Assembly (NCBI GenBank): GCA_048938105.1
Contig: JBHLMN010000012.1
Span: 1-64,000, forward strand
Direction: 5' to 3'
Length of the DNA: 64,000 nt
Origin: Promethearchaeota archaeon
Lineage (GTDB): Archaea; Asgardarchaeota; Heimdallarchaeia; Hodarchaeales; Hodarchaeaceae
The notes under the pieces are model-generated. The model saw only the letters and a program-made list of their open reading frames with translations, searched no databases and was not told where the DNA came from. Below, in pieces: positions 60,101-64,000 of this stretch. Position numbers and translations under genes: made by a program. Numbering within the stretch: position 1 is the stretch's first letter; each line of letters begins with the position of its first letter.

Positions 60101-61543
60101 ATGTTTAGAAGGGACTCATGGATGAGATTCAGAATAAATGGGAATGTTGTTCAACTACTAACAAATCAAAATTGGACTAATGTTTTTCAACAAAATAATC
60201 CATATCAACGAGTTGGTATATCCTGCTATACAGAAAAATCTCTCATGGGAGGGTGGGTCAATCTTCCTCTCTCATTTCCTTTTGAATTTGAAGCTTTAAG
60301 CTATACTAATCGCCGATTTAATAATTTGGTTGTTCTTGAAATTACAGTTGAACGATTCACTCAGTTAAAGCAGCTCTCACACCAATTGATTGATTCCTTT
60401 ACAGATTATAGTTATAAGGGTGGACTCAAAAGACCATTAGTTTATGAAGTATTAAATGATTTCCTCATAGAATTACCTCATTTCAGAGACAATATGACCC
60501 TACTTCTTCAAAAGGTAGAAACTGAGTTTTCTTGGCAAGATGCTACTCAATATAATTGGAATGAAATTCGCGGAGATATCAATCACTATACAAATATTGT
60601 TCAAGTGAATCACTTGCCTTCAGAGTATCAAAAAATATTTAGAAAGCTTTATCATGAATTAAAAGATTTAGAAAATGTGTTTAATCCGAGTGTTGTTTTT
60701 AAGCAAGTATTTAAACGTGAGTTTGATAAATATAGTGATATATTTGAAGAAATTGTTAATCAATATACTAAACCAAACTTAGATTTACAATCCCTTTCAA
60801 TTATCTATGAAGATATTAATACATTGGATTCAAATGTTAAGGGACTTTGGGAACAGATCAATGATTATAATAGAAACTATGCAAATTCTGTGAATGAATT
60901 GAAGAATGAGCTCTTGAATAAAATTAGTCACTTAAAAAATAAAATCCAAAACGAATATCATGAACTAGAACAGCTCCATCAGCTAAAACAAAAGCGGAAA
61001 GCTATTGAACAAACAATTCTTCAACAATTAAAACTTCTAACACCAGGAATCCAAACACTCTTGACACGTATTAGCGAGTTGACTGACATTGATAAAAAAA
61101 TTGTTGAAGAAACCATAATCAGATTATTGGAGAGGTTCCCCGATTTAGGAAGTTATGATAAAGTATCTCAGGTCTTCATACTTGGGCAAAACATGCCAAC
61201 AGAAATTAATTCTATTTTAGATAATTATCCAAAACCCTCATTCGAAGATATTATTGTAAACCTAGAAAAAGGGAAAGAACCCGATAATGAACAACTCTAT
61301 TTCATTGTTGGAAGGTTACATAAAGAAATAGAATCTGTAATTCGAACATTAGTAGGAAACGAATCTAATAATGATTTTAAAGACAATATTAATCAGGCTT
61401 TTGATCAAGAGTACATTAATAAGAACGAAAAAGATGTTCTTCACGCATTTCGTAAAGCAAGAAATATACTAATGCACGAGGAAGGGGAATCTTTTCCTCT
61501 AGAGTTGATTCTGAATGTTAAAAGCATTCTCGAAAGATTATGA
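60101..61543 (+). CDS. Coiled-coil protein with C-terminal HEPN-like domain
   Basis: Heptad-rich middle; LHAFRKARNILMHE (R-N-x3-H). Confidence 0.6.
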   Translation: MFRRDSWMRFRINGNVVQLLTNQNWTNVFQQNNPYQRVGISCYTEKSLMGGWVNLPLSFPFEFEALSYTNRRFNNLVVLEITVERFTQLKQLSHQLIDSFTDYSYKGGLKRPLVYEVLNDFLIELPHFRDNMTLLLQKVETEFSWQDATQYNWNEIRGDINHYTNIVQVNHLPSEYQKIFRKLYHELKDLENVFNPSVVFKQVFKREFDKYSDIFEEIVNQYTKPNLDLQSLSIIYEDINTLDSNVKGLWEQINDYNRNYANSVNELKNELLNKISHLKNKIQNEYHELEQLHQLKQKRKAIEQTILQQLKLLTPGIQTLLTRISELTDIDKKIVEETIIRLLERFPDLGSYDKVSQVFILGQNMPTEINSILDNYPKPSFEDIIVNLEKGKEPDNEQLYFIVGRLHKEIESVIRTLVGNESNNDFKDNINQAFDQEYINKNEKDVLHAFRKARNILMHEEGESFPLELILNVKSILERL

Positions 61544-61578
61544 ACAAAAAATTTATCGTTGAATTCCTCACCCTTTTA

Positions 61579-61606
61579 ATTTTATCAATCCAGCCTTTTA
61601 CGACCT
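61579..61606 (+). repeat. dif-like site (class I)
   Basis: attttatcaat-ccagcc-ttttacgacct. Confidence 0.85.
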
Positions 61607-61609
61607 AAT

Positions 61610-62151
61610 TTAGGGATAATCAGTTTTTTGATAAATGATTCTTGCATCCTCCTCCCATACTTTAGTTATACTTAGAAACCAAGCTAACATCCGCTTATCC
61701 CACCGCCTATGCTTTTGAAAAAGAGTCCAATCAAGTTCTAAAATCTGAACTAGTTCAAGCTCATCATCTAATTTCGTAATAATCACATATTCAAATAATC
61801 TATCATCTTCAATATTTGAATCTGGCGGATTAAGGGTATGAAAAACGCCAGTTTTCTTCGTCGTAGGATGAGTAATGGTTTTTATTGAATACCGCTCTCC
61901 ATTCCTGCTCAATGCGTCGACATTCCGTGTCCCTTCGGGAGTAGCTACTAATTTTGGTAGATTTGGAGTATCATTGTAAAATTTTATTGCTACTTTCTCT
62001 CCTTTCTCCCCAACAATGTTTTTGTCCGTACTAGAGCTCTGGTTTTAAGTTCTTTTTTTATTAATGCAAACGAGATCCATAACAATTCATCTTCTAAATT
62101 GGAAATGAATTCTCGCAATTCCTCTTTGGATTCCAGTTTCTTCCCCTTCAA
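61610..62151 (-). pseudogene. Frameshifted PD-(D/E)XK endonuclease-like gene
   Basis: ...ELKTRALVRT / NIVGEKGE...NVDALSRNGERYSIK; frame change at the T5 run 62019-62023. Confidence 0.6.
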
Positions 62152-62422
62152 GTATCTAATAATTTCTGAGGCTTAATTAATTTATAAATGAATAGCAGTT
62201 TCTTATTACATTTGATTTGTATCTCAATTATATATTAAAATCTAACAAAGAACGATATCTTCTAGTAGAAGAATTATTATAATTGAATGAGAAATTACTC
62301 CTCGCGAAGTGTAAAAATTATTGAAAGTGAAGAGATAAAAATCAATGTAGAATTTTAATTAACCACGTATTTCTTTATATTCTATATTTTTTAGACCAAG
62401 CATAACAGTAGAGGGATTCTCA

Positions 62423-63097
62423 TTGAGTAAGAAGATCAATCAAAAAGAAATTGAGAAACTAGCGATATTAATTGCACTTGAAGCAGAAGAAAAATCATTT
62501 CCTACTTTTCAAATGTTAATATCAAGAGCAGGGTTTCTATCAAGACCATTGTCTGAAAGAGACCTAAAACTAGAAAACATTAGAAATTCTTTAAATGAAT
62601 TAACAAAACTAGAACCTAGGAAACCTCCAGAAATTACTCAACAGGGTAGAAAAGAACTGTATGATCCTAAAAATAGAGATTTAATAATACAAATTCTAGG
62701 AAAATCGATGGAAGATATTGGAAATCAGTTCTTGGGTTATGGGGGTTTCATGGATAGATTAACAAAACGTATCCCTAATGATATTCATACACTTGAAAGA
62801 GAATTAAGCATTTCATTAGATGAGTTTCAAATATTATTGAGAGAAATCTATCATGAAGTAAATGCAGAAGAATCCCGATTTCATGGATTACTGCCATTAG
62901 ATCTAATTAAAAAGAAAATTAATCAAAAAAAACCTAATTTGACATTAGATGATATCAATAGGTTCCTTTTAATGATGGAAGAAGAACGAATTATTGATCT
63001 ACAAATTGCTTATGATGCCAGTTCAATTAAGGAACCAGAATTTGGAATTGAAATTCCAGGAAGAGGATTAATATATTTCCTAAAATACCGTAGCTAA
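62423..63097 (+). CDS. Hypothetical protein with C-terminal winged-helix-like domain
   Basis: LLPLDLIKK...DINRFLLMMEEERIIDL...GRGLIYF; upstream of an ATPase. Confidence 0.7.
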   Translation: MSKKINQKEIEKLAILIALEAEEKSFPTFQMLISRAGFLSRPLSERDLKLENIRNSLNELTKLEPRKPPEITQQGRKELYDPKNRDLIIQILGKSMEDIGNQFLGYGGFMDRLTKRIPNDIHTLERELSISLDEFQILLREIYHEVNAEESRFHGLLPLDLIKKKINQKKPNLTLDDINRFLLMMEEERIIDLQIAYDASSIKEPEFGIEIPGRGLIYFLKYRS

Positions 63098-63113
63098 AAG
63101 GAGGGGAAAATTG

Positions 63114-64000
63114 ATGATTGAAGAAGTTCAGAAAGCAATTTATTCAGCAAGTAATCCTTTTAGAAAAACCAATGTTAAATCAGCATGGGAAGATGATATA
63201 TTTGATGTAGAATCCTATAACTCTAAATGTTTCAGTGAAATTATTAATGAAATTAAGGAGATCTCTCATAAGGAATATAGTTCATTTATTCATTTGATTT
63301 TGGGAGAAGTAGGTTTAGGAAAAACTCACATTTTGGCACGATTGAGGAAAAAAGCTATAGAAGAGAACTTCTATTTTGTCGAGATCGAACCTGTACCTAA
63401 TCTTGACAAATTTTATATGCACATCTTGCGAGAATTTTCATCAAATTTGAGAAAAAAGATACCAGATTCAGATTTTACTTTTCTAGAGGAACTAGTTGCT
63501 AATCTTCTATTTCAACAAATGGAAAAAGCCTTAAAAAATAAGAAAAAGTTTAAAAAACTTCTCAATGAACTTCGTAAATCTCCTACTAAGATATTTAAAC
63601 TCAAACTATCAGAAGATGATCTTAACGATATAAAAGACACAATGATATTTAAAATTAGTAAAGATTATCCTGGTATTGAAGTTCAACTTGTTCAGATTCT
63701 ATTTGAAGCTATTAATCCAAGAAAATTCCTTTATGCAATCAAATGGTTACAGTGCGAAAGCCTATCTGAAGAGGAGATGAAACTTATTGGAGCAACAATT
63801 TCAATAGAAGAGGAGAATATAGCTTTTAATGTAATGAAATCACTTCTTGATTTAACTGATAAGATTGTAGTATTTGCTTTTGATCAGATTGAATCAATTG
63901 AGAAGAGTTTTGGTATAGTTGGATTACAAAAATTCTTTCAAATGATTGTGAATATCTATAATACATGTAAGAATCATCTTTCCATAATTATGGTTCAAAC
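63114..64000 (+). CDS. 3'-partial P-loop (AAA-like) ATPase
   Basis: GGAGG RBS; SNPF, LILGEVGLGKTHILARLR and VVFAFDQIESI; frame open to the window end (absent from the ORF track). Confidence 0.85.
   Translation, partial: MIEEVQKAIYSASNPFRKTNVKSAWEDDIFDVESYNSKCFSEIINEIKEISHKEYSSFIHLILGEVGLGKTHILARLRKKAIEENFYFVEIEPVPNLDKFYMHILREFSSNLRKKIPDSDFTFLEELVANLLFQQMEKALKNKKKFKKLLNELRKSPTKIFKLKLSEDDLNDIKDTMIFKISKDYPGIEVQLVQILFEAINPRKFLYAIKWLQCESLSEEEMKLIGATISIEEENIAFNVMKSLLDLTDKIVVFAFDQIESIEKSFGIVGLQKFFQMIVNIYNTCKNHLSIIMVQ

Noticed and set aside
2105-61606. Repeated motif as a CRISPR array or classical integron attC sites
   Set aside because: Spacing is 0.15-11 kb with genes in between and orientation alternates. 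No long imperfect attC hairpins with RYYYAAC/GTTRRRY ends were seen, and no cas or intI gene is present.
1-64000. Cognate recombinase gene
   Set aside because: No ORF shows recognisable tyrosine (R-HxxR-Y) or serine recombinase motifs; if it exists it is encoded outside the window.

Overview
AT-rich prokaryotic accessory region, most likely from an Asgard archaeon (Heimdallarchaeia/Hodarchaeales-like). This is inferred from the degenerate small GTPase, the S/T-rich linker + TM + basic-tail surface proteins, the archaeal-style TA pairs and the viperin. No rRNA, tRNA, CRISPR array or recombinase gene was seen. The dominant structure not explained by the ORF track is a family of about 24 exclusively intergenic 28-bp sites with an 11-6-11 layout. 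The reconstructed ideal site is ATGTCGTCAAA-CCAGCC-TTTTRCGACAT, a dif/tyrosine-recombinase-like site. These sites cut the window into gene modules of 0.15-11 kb. Between 19 and 43 kb the core orientation alternates almost perfectly. Two modules occur twice in different contexts, and in the clearer case homology ends at the sites. This points to a pdif/integron-like cassette array. Cargo on the left is proteases, secreted proteins, an ABC exporter and TA systems. Cargo on the right is a dense defence arsenal: NurA-HerA, AAA+TOPRIM-like pair, TIR-NTPase-LRR plus three more TIR proteins, phosphoesterase-NTPase, and an HTH-CARF/CARF/PIN operon transcribed divergently, across a palindromic operator, from viperin + SF1 helicase + PLD + HEPN genes. 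All calls come from reading motifs by eye; no searches were run.
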